Origin: a virus
Lineage: Duplodnaviria; Caudoviricetes
Reading direction: 5' to 3' (one strand)
IMG/VR virus record: IMGVR_UViG_3300030330_003718
Span: 1 to 34,871 of that record
Length of the DNA: 34,871 nucleotides
The translations under genes were made by a program, and so were the position numbers. This document shows, piece after piece, positions 24,591 through 34,588 of this stretch (position 1 is its first letter; each line of letters begins with the position of its first letter). Under the pieces are notes generated by a model. It worked only from the letters and a program-made list of their open reading frames with translations, was not told where the DNA came from and made no database searches.

Positions 24591-27283
24591 CGCCCCTTCC
24601 TCCTACGGTTGCCGACCTCAAGCACGGTCATCTTCAAGCGGCTAAACGAAATGAAGTCAGCTTTGTCGTCGGCAAATCCGTAAATCATTGCCGCCAGTTG
24701 TGCCCCTCGGGCGCTCTGGCTGGTCGCAATCGTATTTAGCTCTGCACTATCGATCAGGTAAAGATCGGTTGCTGCTGCACCACCGCCGCTATACTTTGGC
24801 ACCGAATCTCCAGCATTCGCAAATATACGCTTTCCGCTGTTATACATGCGCTCTCTGACTGTTTCGATGTCCGCCGCCCGCTTGTTGGCTACAGTTGGTG
24901 ATGTGTAATCTGGGTACTGACCCGATCGCAACTTGTGGTCGCTTGATAAGAAGGTGTTGTAGAGCGACCCACCAGGAGAGCCGTGCGTTACAAGGTCTGC
25001 ATACAGCCCACGGGAGCGAATCTGAACTCCCTGATCCAAGCCGATCTGCCCAGTTCTTACGCCCCACTGAACACTCGTCGCCAGTCGATTGCTGTTGGTG
25101 CTGTTGGCTGTAGCGTATCGATGGATAGGCTCCCATACATACCCCACGATATCCTTGTAAGTCCCGCCGCCACCGAACGGATGGATACGAGCCTTACTAA
25201 CCGACAAGGTAGGCACCACGTCAATGTCGTCTGCTGCATAAAAGCGTAACAAGCAAAGAGGTATTCTCGTGCCGACCACTCGAGGGTCGGTGTTGCCCCC
25301 AAAGCTGCGGTAAATCTGCACAGAAGTTGGGCCCACAAGAAAGTCGAAATCACTATAAGGGGCGCTTTCGGCAAAGATTCCGACACTGCCTTCTAGGTCC
25401 CAGTCAGCATGAAACTGAAACACTAACTCCAAAGCATCCTTGGTTCCTGCTCCTGTGTCTGCGGGCCAGTACACCACAGTTGTACTGTCTCGAAGTGTTT
25501 CAAAGTCGACTTGGATCTCATAGCAAATCTTGCCGTTAGTGCGATCGTGAAAGATGCGCCGTGGCTCGTTTACATAGAAGCGATAATGATGATCTATGCT
25601 GCTGGAAGACGCAGGTGCCCGCTTTGCCGAGTACTTTCCCCAGCCATAACGTCGGTGATCTTCGGTTTTGCAACTACGATCCAGTGCCCCGCCTCGACCC
25701 AACTCTAGAAAGTGGAACGATGGAGGCTGTGCTGCAGGTGTTGCGCCCGTGAAGTTTGAGTCAATTAAACCGCCCATCAGGTAAACCGAACGCTCATCGG
25801 AGAGAATCTGCAGAGGAGCTATGGTCTGGTTGCGCTGGACGACACCCGAGGCTTGCACTGTACCCAGGGGCCAGACTGACCAGCCTTGCGTGCGAAACTG
25901 GTAAACAAGAATACAGTCCGAGTATGAGAGCATAAGCGACTGATGTACTCGATCATACGCAATTGTCGGCTTGCCGTGATGCCGGTAAATTATCGATGGC
26001 TGCTTATTCGCTCCACCGACACCTGATGCTGCGTAGTAGTTGCTTACCGGATCGACGATTCCGTCTTCCCAGAATGCGTGAATTGAGTCTGAAAGATCAG
26101 TAATCGCCTGATTGCCGCCGATTAAATGAGCCCCTCGGTGGCTAATCCAGCAAACGCCAAATGGCGTCTCGACCGTTGCTGCCTGCGAGATAGCGCCAAC
26201 TAGGTCGGACAGGCGTACATGGACTGCTGAAACTAAGGATGCTGATGCCGCACCAACATTTGTCGTTGGTCGCAGTTGCAGCAAATGAGTTGATTCCTCG
26301 GTGAAGCCAAACATTACACCATTGAACTGGGCGAGAGCTGTAAGGTTTGTATCTGTCTGTATGCTGATAAAGTTGCTGGCCTGAATTGAGCCCGGCTGAT
26401 TTACATCGCTGAAATAAATAACATTGCGAGTGCCGTAGACAATGCGACCTGCGACATACGTCACCGCATCCGGCCGAGGAAACTCTGATCGGTTTAAGTA
26501 GGTTGAGTCATCACCATTAATGCCTCGAGTTCCACCAATGGGGACACAAACACTGCCTTCGCTTTCGCCGGTTGCGTTGTTGTAACCCGTATAAGCGTTT
26601 GCAGTGCCGGTGTTGTTGCCGTTTGGGCCATATATCTTTCGCTGCTTTGCTTTCGATACATCGATGCCATGGTAAACCCATGTGCCAAGCGAACCGCCAG
26701 CGATGACAACACTATCCCCAACCTGCACAAAGGAGACAATCGCCCCTTCCGAAACGCTTGTGTAGCCGCGCTGGTCAAAGTTTCTGCGGCTTTCATAGAA
26801 CCCGTGAGCATGAGGTATGTCAGAATTCTCAAGGCAGCTCTGATTGGTTTTGGCAATCAGTGGCTCTTCCCACATCTCGGAAGTCGTAAGATCGTAAATG
26901 GTCATCGTAACGCACTCGGCAAACCCGCCGATGGTATTGTGCATATAGAGCGTCGCATCATAACCAGCCTGTGCAACAATCTGCGTAAGACTGCTCGTAT
27001 CCATAACCGTGCGAAACACAGACAGCACTTGCCGGTGCCCAAAGTTGCTTAGATAAACAAACGATCCCAGGTGCTCTTGGAATCCACCCGCTGGGTTTCC
27101 GCCAGGTGTCGATTGCATCGTCGTCGCATCGTTCTGTGTAACTTGACCAAAGCCGGGGCGAATCTGCAGTGTGATTTCCCTGTCAATGCGCCACATATTC
27201 GCTACCCATTCGCACCCCGACGGGTCCGTCAACTCAATGCCTGACTTGGGCATAATGTCGATTTCTGGGTAACGACTAGCCAT
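24587..27283 (-). CDS. Tail nozzle / tail tubular protein B-like
   Basis: 898 aa directly after the adaptor, with LQIRPGF, GRIVY..IYFSD and TPFGVCW motifs typical of nozzle beta-propellers. Confidence 0.7.
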   Translation of the reverse strand: MASRYPEIDIMPKSGIELTDPSGCEWVANMWRIDREITLQIRPGFGQVTQNDATTMQSTPGGNPAGGFQEHLGSFVYLSNFGHRQVLSVFRTVMDTSSLTQIVAQAGYDATLYMHNTIGGFAECVTMTIYDLTTSEMWEEPLIAKTNQSCLENSDIPHAHGFYESRRNFDQRGYTSVSEGAIVSFVQVGDSVVIAGGSLGTWVYHGIDVSKAKQRKIYGPNGNNTGTANAYTGYNNATGESEGSVCVPIGGTRGINGDDSTYLNRSEFPRPDAVTYVAGRIVYGTRNVIYFSDVNQPGSIQASNFISIQTDTNLTALAQFNGVMFGFTEESTHLLQLRPTTNVGAASASLVSAVHVRLSDLVGAISQAATVETPFGVCWISHRGAHLIGGNQAITDLSDSIHAFWEDGIVDPVSNYYAASGVGGANKQPSIIYRHHGKPTIAYDRVHQSLMLSYSDCILVYQFRTQGWSVWPLGTVQASGVVQRNQTIAPLQILSDERSVYLMGGLIDSNFTGATPAAQPPSFHFLELGRGGALDRSCKTEDHRRYGWGKYSAKRAPASSSSIDHHYRFYVNEPRRIFHDRTNGKICYEIQVDFETLRDSTTVVYWPADTGAGTKDALELVFQFHADWDLEGSVGIFAESAPYSDFDFLVGPTSVQIYRSFGGNTDPRVVGTRIPLCLLRFYAADDIDVVPTLSVSKARIHPFGGGGTYKDIVGYVWEPIHRYATANSTNSNRLATSVQWGVRTGQIGLDQGVQIRSRGLYADLVTHGSPGGSLYNTFLSSDHKLRSGQYPDYTSPTVANKRAADIETVRERMYNSGKRIFANAGDSVPKYSGGGAAATDLYLIDSAELNTIATSQSARGAQLAAMIYGFADDKADFISFSRLKMTVLEVGNRRRKGR

Positions 27284-27292
27284 TACTGGCTC

Positions 27293-28042
27293 CTAGAACA
27301 GTTGGGTTACTCGAACCTGGTTGCCACTATCGACAAGGCGTTGGTCCTGAAGGAATCGGACAAATCTTGCTTCCTGTAACTGAATCATGCCTTCGACTGG
27401 CTGAGAAACAATACCGTCTCGAATGGCGTAGCGTCTTGTTGCATACAAAACAATTAGCTCGTGGAACTGATCAAGGTCTCCGCCCTCAATGTTGTCAGTC
27501 CCCGTGCTAAAGTCAGTTACCGGGCGCGGAAAGTAATCAATAACGAAGTTCTCTGGGGGAGTGCCGGCAAATTGAAGCACATACTTATCAAGAGAATAGT
27601 TACGAACAGTCGACGAAAACGGTATTTGAGCATTGCTCGGCAGCGGAATGCATCGATCCTGGCGCTCGTTGGTACCGCTAACAATATAACTCAGGTTTAA
27701 GATCTGATCGATCGGTCCTGTCCTGAGTGTTCCACCGTGCAGCTTCGAGCCCATTAGCGGCGTATTGGCCACCTTCGCCGGGTAAAGAATGTCCTTATCG
27801 TTAAGATCCAGGCTGTCCCTGAAGGGTTTTGCGCTTGCTGGCTGGTCGCTGTAGGCGGTGCTGTCGGCCGCACTGAGGACTACGCTCTTCATCACTGTAG
27901 ACGGGCCAAGCACTCGAATCAGAGAGAACCAGTCCTTAATGCCAAACTGCAGGTACTGAACAACCTGTGCGTCCGTCAGAAAGGTGCCGTCAGGATCGTC
28001 AACGTAATCTCGAAACAGGTTCTTTGCGTCGGTAACAATCAC
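27293..28042 (-). CDS. Head-tail adaptor (tail tubular protein A-like)
   Basis: N-terminal FRDYVDD..FLTDAQVVQYL and C-terminal FHELIVLYA; follows the portal. Confidence 0.7.
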   Translation of the reverse strand: MIVTDAKNLFRDYVDDPDGTFLTDAQVVQYLQFGIKDWFSLIRVLGPSTVMKSVVLSAADSTAYSDQPASAKPFRDSLDLNDKDILYPAKVANTPLMGSKLHGGTLRTGPIDQILNLSYIVSGTNERQDRCIPLPSNAQIPFSSTVRNYSLDKYVLQFAGTPPENFVIDYFPRPVTDFSTGTDNIEGGDLDQFHELIVLYATRRYAIRDGIVSQPVEGMIQLQEARFVRFLQDQRLVDSGNQVRVTQLF

Positions 28043-29973
28043 GACCCCATCCCCATGTTGTTCCTCGGGTTGTAGTTTTCAAAGATTGCCGCCGACTGCT
28101 GGTTCTCGGCTCGAGTTGCCGCACCCTCAGCGGTTCCCCCTACCGACGTTCCCTGCGGCATTGTTTCACCTGGAATGTTCGGTATCGCCGGTCCTTCAGG
28201 AAGCATTGGATCAGGTTGCTGCTGTCGTGGATAAATTGGCTGTGCGAGTTGCTGCTCGACCTGCGGGTTGCCCTGAGCCAATACAGCCCGATATACCGCC
28301 AAGACCTGGCTTTGAGTTTCTGGGTCGATGTCTTGAAACTCTTCGGAAGCAACATATTCAGCAAAGACCTCCATCATTTCCTTGAGCGGATCCGTCGGCA
28401 GGATCTCAACCTGCGCGCCCTGCAGAACAGCCTCGAGCACGTCGAGTGCATGGTTGTAGAAGCGAACAGTCTGAGCAATCTGCTCATCCATGCCGAAGAA
28501 CCTAATTGCCCGTCGCGCCTCTTCTGGCGTTAACAGTTGCATCTGGAACATCTGCATAGCCCGCCGCTGACGATCCACCACGCTGCTCGCAAACAAAGTG
28601 CCTGCTTCTATAAAGATATCCGGCTCATCCGTAAGGTCGGTCTTCTTTACCTGCTTGTAGAACATGCCGCCGTCGATGCCGAACATCCGAACCATCATGC
28701 CCTTGGGGTAGTACTTCTTCACCAGCACCAGAATATGCTGAGCGATATCTACCGCACTATCGACAATGTTGTTCATCACGTCGGTTAGCTGACCACTGTC
28801 CTGCTGCACCAAGGCATTAATCGCAGCACCCGACTCAATGCCGGTTGTGCGCTTGCCCATTGAGGTCGAGTGAACGCTTGCCAAGTCCATGATCTCGCTA
28901 TGACAGCGAACCACGTTATCCATAACGAAACCTGGCAGTGGGTTGATACCAACAACTGAGGGTGGTGGCGCTGCTGGGTTATAACGGATCATTCCACCAG
29001 GTTCGTTGTTAATCGCTTCAACGCCCGAGTTAATCGGAACAAGCCACTGCAGGTTCCCCATCAGCTTTGTGTTCGCAACAATCGCTGACCGCTGAGCATT
29101 GTACTCGCGTTGTATCTGCATGAGGGGCTCGATGGCGCTCTTCCCGTGCAGTCTTCCGGGTAGATTGTGGTAAGACAAATGTACAATAGGCCATGGCCCA
29201 CTCGGGTCCCATTCTCCGTCACCAATCTTGTTTGAGAACAGTTCTTCGCCACCTGAGATAATCTTGTGGTTACCTGTCCGGTCCCAGTACTCGATGATCT
29301 CGTACATATCGAGATTCTCGTAGCTTTGCGCCGTATAGGTCCAGTTCGGCACCCGATAGATGTTATTGAACTCTACCGCTTTGTATTTCTCAGGATCGGA
29401 TTTCGGATACATCCGCTTAATGGCTTCTTTTGTGTGCTGAGAGCGGCGCATAATATACTCAGCATCTTCAAGCTTCGAGTTTCCTGGCTGGATGATTAGG
29501 TCGTAAGGCGACACCACCTTATGCTTAATCTTTTTCGATTGTTTGCAGAAGTAGGTGTGAATACCAACATTCCCGCAAACCAGCAGCCACTTCACCGCTT
29601 CGTTGTATACTCTTGTGACCTTGTTGCGATCCCACAGATACTGAACGACCGCTGCGTCAGCCTTCGCTTTAACCAAGTCGACCTTGGTTGGCGATGCTGG
29701 TCGGGCCGACACATGAGGTGTTGTCATCTCAAGCGTGGCTAGCAGTCGCTGGTAGATCGGAAGCAACAGGTTGATCGTCAGTCTCGTCATGCCTGGCTTG
29801 GTGGAGTCCACCCGCCATGATCCATCACGATACCGAGTGCCGTACTGCATGCCTTCGACGAATCGCCTGGCGGTATCCCAACTGTAGAGTTCGCCTACAA
29901 TGTAGTCGTCAGCATGCCTGACAAGCTCGTTAATGCGGCCCGGGTCGATTTTCTTGTAACTGTTATCACTCAC
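28039..29973 (-). CDS. Portal protein (podovirus/P22-like)
   Basis: LTINLLLP, VSPYD, GKSAIEPLMQIQREYN, PGGMIRY and ESGAAINAL motifs; 644 aa with Pro/Gln-rich tail. Confidence 0.85.
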   Translation of the reverse strand: MSDNSYKKIDPGRINELVRHADDYIVGELYSWDTARRFVEGMQYGTRYRDGSWRVDSTKPGMTRLTINLLLPIYQRLLATLEMTTPHVSARPASPTKVDLVKAKADAAVVQYLWDRNKVTRVYNEAVKWLLVCGNVGIHTYFCKQSKKIKHKVVSPYDLIIQPGNSKLEDAEYIMRRSQHTKEAIKRMYPKSDPEKYKAVEFNNIYRVPNWTYTAQSYENLDMYEIIEYWDRTGNHKIISGGEELFSNKIGDGEWDPSGPWPIVHLSYHNLPGRLHGKSAIEPLMQIQREYNAQRSAIVANTKLMGNLQWLVPINSGVEAINNEPGGMIRYNPAAPPPSVVGINPLPGFVMDNVVRCHSEIMDLASVHSTSMGKRTTGIESGAAINALVQQDSGQLTDVMNNIVDSAVDIAQHILVLVKKYYPKGMMVRMFGIDGGMFYKQVKKTDLTDEPDIFIEAGTLFASSVVDRQRRAMQMFQMQLLTPEEARRAIRFFGMDEQIAQTVRFYNHALDVLEAVLQGAQVEILPTDPLKEMMEVFAEYVASEEFQDIDPETQSQVLAVYRAVLAQGNPQVEQQLAQPIYPRQQQPDPMLPEGPAIPNIPGETMPQGTSVGGTAEGAATRAENQQSAAIFENYNPRNNMGMGS

Positions 29974-30137
29974 CCTAGACCGTCCTCACCTGTCATGTAT
30001 GTCGGCAGTTGGCTTGCAGCTTCTTGGTGTTGTCGCATCTCCCGCACACGCAGGACGCTCAGATAGATATTCCACCCTTGCGTCGCTGCGTAGGCGAGAC
30101 ATGCAATAGAAACACAAGCCTCAAGAAATATTGACAT
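29970..30137 (-). CDS. 55-aa protein with hydrophobic N-terminus (not in ORF track)
   Basis: MSIFLEACVSIACLAYAATQGWNIYLSVLRVREMRQHQEAASQLPTYMTGEDGLG. GGGGGA RBS; GTGA overlap with the portal start. Confidence 0.6.
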   Translation of the reverse strand: MSIFLEACVSIACLAYAATQGWNIYLSVLRVREMRQHQEAASQLPTYMTGEDGLG

Positions 30138-30143
30138 TGATAA

Positions 30144-30182
30144 TCCCCCCGGAGGTAGTGTGCGAAGCTACCCCCGAGGGAA
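30144..30182 (-). promoter_or_regulatory. 15-bp stem-loop after the capsid gene (no U-tract)
   Basis: UUCCCUCGGGGGUAG pairs with CUACCUCCGGGGGGA, including G-U pairs, around a 9-nt loop. Confidence 0.65.
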
Positions 30183-30190
30183 CTCAATCA

Positions 30191-31642
30191 TCAAGCCTTC
30201 TTGTACTTGATGCCCACGAGAGCACCAATCGAACGTGGCTTCTCACAAACCAGTTCGTAGTACTGCTTCCAGAAGCCCTCACGCTGATCCAGCAGGCGGC
30301 CCTGAGTGGCACCTGCAGTAGACCGGCTCTGCGTAATGATGTCACCGTTGTCGGTGAACACCTGGAACCCACCAGGACGCAACGTGTAGGTGTTAATCGT
30401 GTCTTTCTTAATGAAGTACATCACACCGAAGGGGCAACGCTTGGAAACCTTGAGAGGAATTCCATCGTCGAAAGCCAGATCGTAACCATGGCCACCCTGA
30501 GCATTCGTCTCACCAGGCAAGAACCGAATCTGCTCTTGGAACAGCTTGCGGTACTCGGCACGAGTAAAGCGGTGCATAATGACACAATCAATGTCTTCAG
30601 CACTTGCATCCTCAATACCGTCACGGATTAACTGCATGGACTCGAGGTCCAGGCTTGTACCCGAACTGTACTGACCGGCAGCAGCAGCAGCAGATGCACG
30701 GGGCATGCTGTAGCCAAACCCACGCAGCATGGTGTTGTTTAATGCGTCACGCGCATTGCTAAACGCACCATCGGAACTCTGCTCGAAAGCCAGGCTGTTG
30801 AGCCCATGGACTTCGTCGCCAGGCAAGCGAGCACCAGCGTTGCTGCACTCTTCGATAACCAAAGCGCTCGTTCCGTTGTCACCCAAAGCCCCAGCGTCAG
30901 CACTGTCAGGACCCTCACCAGCGTTAGAGGTCGACTCGATCGTCGCAGTCCCCTTAGCCGTGTCTACGGCAAGAATCTTAAAGACTGTTCCTGCTGCGTT
31001 GGGCGCACCACCAGTAGCGTCGCGCAGGTAGTACCAGTTGACAGCAGTGTCGCGTGCACAGTGAGCAATCTTGACATAAAACACTGTGCCGAGCGCAGCG
31101 TGCTCAGCGAGGCGCTCTGCCAACACGTTTGCACCGGAAACCTTGCGCTCGGTATGAGCAACGCCACCACCACCACCTGCGGTGCCTGCAGCAGCATCGA
31201 TCAAGAAGCCCCAAACGCGACGGCCCGTGAACATGTCACGCTCCATCTTGAAGCGCACGTCACGCTCCATTTCCTTCATTTCGCTGTACATAGCGCCGAT
31301 AAACGCAGCGTCAGAGCCACCAGCATTGCCCGGAGCAGAAGCCTCAGCTTTGCCGGTCACAGCAAACGATGCGTAAAGAGCCTTCGCCCCAACCACCAAT
31401 TCGAGGTAGTCTTGAGAGCCAGCAGCCGGGACAACCTGTGCTTCGGTCGTTCCGTAAACGATATTTGTGGTCTCGCTAATGCCAGCAGTGTGCAACGGAA
31501 TATGAACGTTGCTACCTGCCCACTCGTGCGGACCTTCTTCGAAGAGCTGATAAATCAACGCTTCACGGTTGAGCTGCTCACGAATCGGACCTTCGTACTG
31601 ATTCTTAAGCAGCTGTGAAATTGTAGTAGTAGATGCAGCCAT
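30191..31642 (-). CDS. Major capsid protein
   Basis: LKNQYEGPIREQLN N-terminus, DGIPLKVSKRCPFGVMYFI and YYELVCEKPRSIGAL C-terminal pattern; follows the scaffold; AAGGA RBS and double stop. Confidence 0.85.
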   Translation of the reverse strand: MAASTTTISQLLKNQYEGPIREQLNREALIYQLFEEGPHEWAGSNVHIPLHTAGISETTNIVYGTTEAQVVPAAGSQDYLELVVGAKALYASFAVTGKAEASAPGNAGGSDAAFIGAMYSEMKEMERDVRFKMERDMFTGRRVWGFLIDAAAGTAGGGGGVAHTERKVSGANVLAERLAEHAALGTVFYVKIAHCARDTAVNWYYLRDATGGAPNAAGTVFKILAVDTAKGTATIESTSNAGEGPDSADAGALGDNGTSALVIEECSNAGARLPGDEVHGLNSLAFEQSSDGAFSNARDALNNTMLRGFGYSMPRASAAAAAGQYSSGTSLDLESMQLIRDGIEDASAEDIDCVIMHRFTRAEYRKLFQEQIRFLPGETNAQGGHGYDLAFDDGIPLKVSKRCPFGVMYFIKKDTINTYTLRPGGFQVFTDNGDIITQSRSTAGATQGRLLDQREGFWKQYYELVCEKPRSIGALVGIKYKKA

Positions 31643-31653
31643 TTTATTTTTCC

Positions 31654-32520
31654 TTAGCGCCTACGTCCTCTTCCAAGTTGTTTGCGTAGGTCACGTAATG
31701 TTGTTCCCGCTTCAGGTGGCTTGATTTGGGATGTTACAGGCTTCGCCGTCGACCCACCGCCAACCGGCCGATCGGGAAGCACCTCTGTTGGGTCTGCTTC
31801 AGGCTCAGTCTTTTGACCGGGTCTTTGCATGCCCAAGCGTGCGAGAATCTTGTCTTCATAGTCTCGCTCCAGCTTGGCGTATTCCGCCGCAGCAGCTTTC
31901 ATGTCCGCTTTGGCGTCTTGGTCAAGCCGAGTTAACAAGAAGACTCGAGCAGCATCTGCATCGTTTACCTTCACTCCATTGAGTGCGGTGTCGATCCTGC
32001 CCTGAAATTCTTGCACCAGGCGCTGAACCTCTTGGTTGTGTGCAGAACTCGCAGCTTGATTTGCAGTTTGCTGAGCAGCTTGAAGTTGGTCCGCCAGATC
32101 TTTGATCAGCTTTGCCGACTCGTCGTGCTCATTCTCTGCAATGTAAGCCTCGATCTTCTCCATCAACGGATTAGGATCAGGTGCCTTTTGTTCCTGCGCT
32201 GTTTGCTCCGGTTGTGCGTTGATGCGCGCCTCTAACTCAGCAAGCCGCTGTTGCAGTGCCTCGTTCTGTGCTGATGCCTCTTTTCGCGCCTCGTTAACTT
32301 CCTTGAACCGATCGTATGGGATCGACTGCTCGGTCGTTGGAGTAGCCTCGGTGGCCGCCGGGCTCTCCGTTTGTGGCGCTTCGGCCTGTGGGGCTTCAGC
32401 ATTAGAAGTTGGTTCTGCAGCAGGTGTGCTGGAGACCGGGGCTTCAGTCGTAGCAGCAGGGGACGAGGCTGCAGGTACGTCCATATTTGCTTTGATTTCA
32501 GCCAGCTTAGGAAATCCCAT
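31654..32520 (-). CDS. Capsid scaffolding protein
   Basis: Ala/Pro/Glu N-tail, IPYDRFKEVNE motif, coiled coil and basic C-end; directly upstream of the capsid gene. Confidence 0.8.
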   Translation of the reverse strand: MGFPKLAEIKANMDVPAASSPAATTEAPVSSTPAAEPTSNAEAPQAEAPQTESPAATEATPTTEQSIPYDRFKEVNEARKEASAQNEALQQRLAELEARINAQPEQTAQEQKAPDPNPLMEKIEAYIAENEHDESAKLIKDLADQLQAAQQTANQAASSAHNQEVQRLVQEFQGRIDTALNGVKVNDADAARVFLLTRLDQDAKADMKAAAAEYAKLERDYEDKILARLGMQRPGQKTEPEADPTEVLPDRPVGGGSTAKPVTSQIKPPEAGTTLRDLRKQLGRGRRR

Positions 32521-32607
32521 GATAACGCTCCTGGGTTGCGAAGTTTACACACCAGTCCCGGGTCGGTGAGCCACCCATAGAGTCCTCGCGATTATTCTTT
32601 TGTTTGG

Positions 32608-34317
32608 TCAGAAGTCAAGCCCATCACCTAAAAGGTGGTCATGATTATTCGTCTGCCAGTGATCAGTCAGGGGTTTTTTAGTGCGTGCATCTAGCCCAGT
32701 CGACATCTCAAACTTAATATAATCTGCGTGCGTCTTCGGTACAAAGTCGGTGATTACTTTCTCGCGTACAGGAATCAATTGCTCGAGTCCTTCGAGCGCC
32801 AAGCAGGTAGCAAATATCATGTCGTCATGACAGCCTGGCGAGTGCTGTCCTTCGCCTTTGTCGTTGTAAGTAAATGTACTAATCTCGTTGATGAGCACCT
32901 GGGGAAGTTTTGTTAATCGCTCCTTGGCGACCATCTTACGCAGGCGCGTTGTTAGGATCGATCGATTGCTCGAGCTGGTATAGAATCCGAGTTTCTCGAT
33001 GTAGCGCTCTGCCATCTTATCGTAGACAAACCGCCGGTAAAGGTGGGGGTACTGCTCGATGCTCAGCTCTTCCTGCAGTGCAGCACCCACATTGTTAACC
33101 TCGACAACTGCGAGCGCTTGTCCGTATTTCTTTCCGAGTTCAATCACCTTGTTTGCAAACTCGTGGATCGGCAGTCGTTCATAGATCCAGGCAGCGATAC
33201 GCATGTTGTCTGTGTCTGTTGCGTTGATTACGCATGCAGCGCTGAAGTCACCCTCGCTCGAGCCCGAGGCGGTGTCGACTCCCATGACGTAGACGTTCCC
33301 AGGGAGCGGCTCCTCGATGTAATCGATTGTCTTATCGACTTCTTCTGGGATCCATTCACCATCGAAGAACATATCACCTGAGTGCAGGAAGGCATCTTGC
33401 GGTGTAGCGGGGTATTCTTGGCTAAATCGGTCCCATTCATCGTCACATTTCTGCGATAATGCCCATTTTAACCACCTAATTTGGCCGTTATCTAGCTTGT
33501 GCTCAGCGGCATATTTCTGCTCAAAATCGTCTAATTCACGCTCTACAATGGCCTGAACCTGGTCATCTAGCTTTAATGGCACCCCTTCATGGTCCAAATA
33601 CCCGGTCTTATCCTTGTCGATCCGGTAGGATTCGAGCGCAAACCACGGCAGAAACACCTTATGGTAACCACGGTTAGTCATCCACCAGTCGTAGAACTGG
33701 TTAAAAGAGTTGGCTGTCGTCTCAACGAAGGCAGCACCACGATCGGTGAGCGACTGCATGATGGTGGTAAAGACCAGGTGAGGCTTATCCCAGAATGCCA
33801 TCTCTGAGCAGTGCAGGTAATGGAGCGTTGTTCCCCGCAGTTTGTCGGGGGTGTTCGCCGTTGCGATGCGGATGTTGCCGGTATGCTTACGAAACACCAA
33901 CTCGGTCTTGGTAGAGTGCTTGGTTGGGAAGTAGTTCTTCATCCAATCCGGCAGGCACTCGTAATAATTCTTATAGATCGTAAAGATTCTTGCAGCGGCA
34001 TCATTCTCGTGGGCCAACACAATGGCGCGCTCGTTCTCGTTAAGCAGCACCTTCCAGAAGAAGTATGCGGCAACGAATGTAGTCACTCCTTCCTGGCGAG
34101 CCTTAAGAACACCGAGTCTATTGCGCCCGTTCTGGATGTCGCGCCAAATAATCTCCTGGGGCTCATTCCACTCGAACGGCACCAGGCGCGCTTTCTTGTC
34201 GACAATCTTCAGCACCTCTAGGCAGAAAAACCGAAAATCTTCCCGACAGTGGTTAATAAACGCAGTCTGGATCGGCGACAGCGAGTTTTTAACCTGGCGC
34301 TTGCGGCCTCTACTCAC
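32608..34317 (-). CDS. terL: Terminase large subunit
   Basis: Walker A LKARQEGVTT, Walker B LHCSE, coupling motif ETTAN, nuclease GVDTASG..DFSA and HDDMIFA. Confidence 0.93.
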   Translation of the reverse strand: MSRGRKRQVKNSLSPIQTAFINHCREDFRFFCLEVLKIVDKKARLVPFEWNEPQEIIWRDIQNGRNRLGVLKARQEGVTTFVAAYFFWKVLLNENERAIVLAHENDAAARIFTIYKNYYECLPDWMKNYFPTKHSTKTELVFRKHTGNIRIATANTPDKLRGTTLHYLHCSEMAFWDKPHLVFTTIMQSLTDRGAAFVETTANSFNQFYDWWMTNRGYHKVFLPWFALESYRIDKDKTGYLDHEGVPLKLDDQVQAIVERELDDFEQKYAAEHKLDNGQIRWLKWALSQKCDDEWDRFSQEYPATPQDAFLHSGDMFFDGEWIPEEVDKTIDYIEEPLPGNVYVMGVDTASGSSEGDFSAACVINATDTDNMRIAAWIYERLPIHEFANKVIELGKKYGQALAVVEVNNVGAALQEELSIEQYPHLYRRFVYDKMAERYIEKLGFYTSSSNRSILTTRLRKMVAKERLTKLPQVLINEISTFTYNDKGEGQHSPGCHDDMIFATCLALEGLEQLIPVREKVITDFVPKTHADYIKFEMSTGLDARTKKPLTDHWQTNNHDHLLGDGLDF

Positions 34318-34588
34318 CGTTGTTCACCAGCTTCAGCACCTTCTCAGGCAGCTTTGCAGCGAGGGAGTCGTCGACTTCGGAGGCATCGTTACGATCAAGC
34401 ATGGTCTCGAGCGACTGAATAGCCTTCAGTGCAACCTCAAGAGCCTTTGCGTTGGAGCTGTCCTCCATAGACCTATCGATGATCTCTAGCTTCATGCGGC
34501 GGATATCTTCGAGGGTCAGGTTCTCGACCTGCCGTCCTCTAATTGACTGAAGAATACCGTGCAGGTTGGGTCTGTTTGGGGCCGACAT
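34310..34588 (-). CDS. Putative terminase small subunit
   Basis: Small helical ORF overlapping the terL start; GGAGG RBS before ATG 34588. Called on synteny only. Confidence 0.5.
   Translation of the reverse strand: MSAPNRPNLHGILQSIRGRQVENLTLEDIRRMKLEIIDRSMEDSSNAKALEVALKAIQSLETMLDRNDASEVDDSLAAKLPEKVLKLVNNGE

Noticed and set aside
30184-30200. T7-like capsid frameshift or readthrough extension
   Set aside because: The gene ends in TGA TGA with no heptamer near the end.
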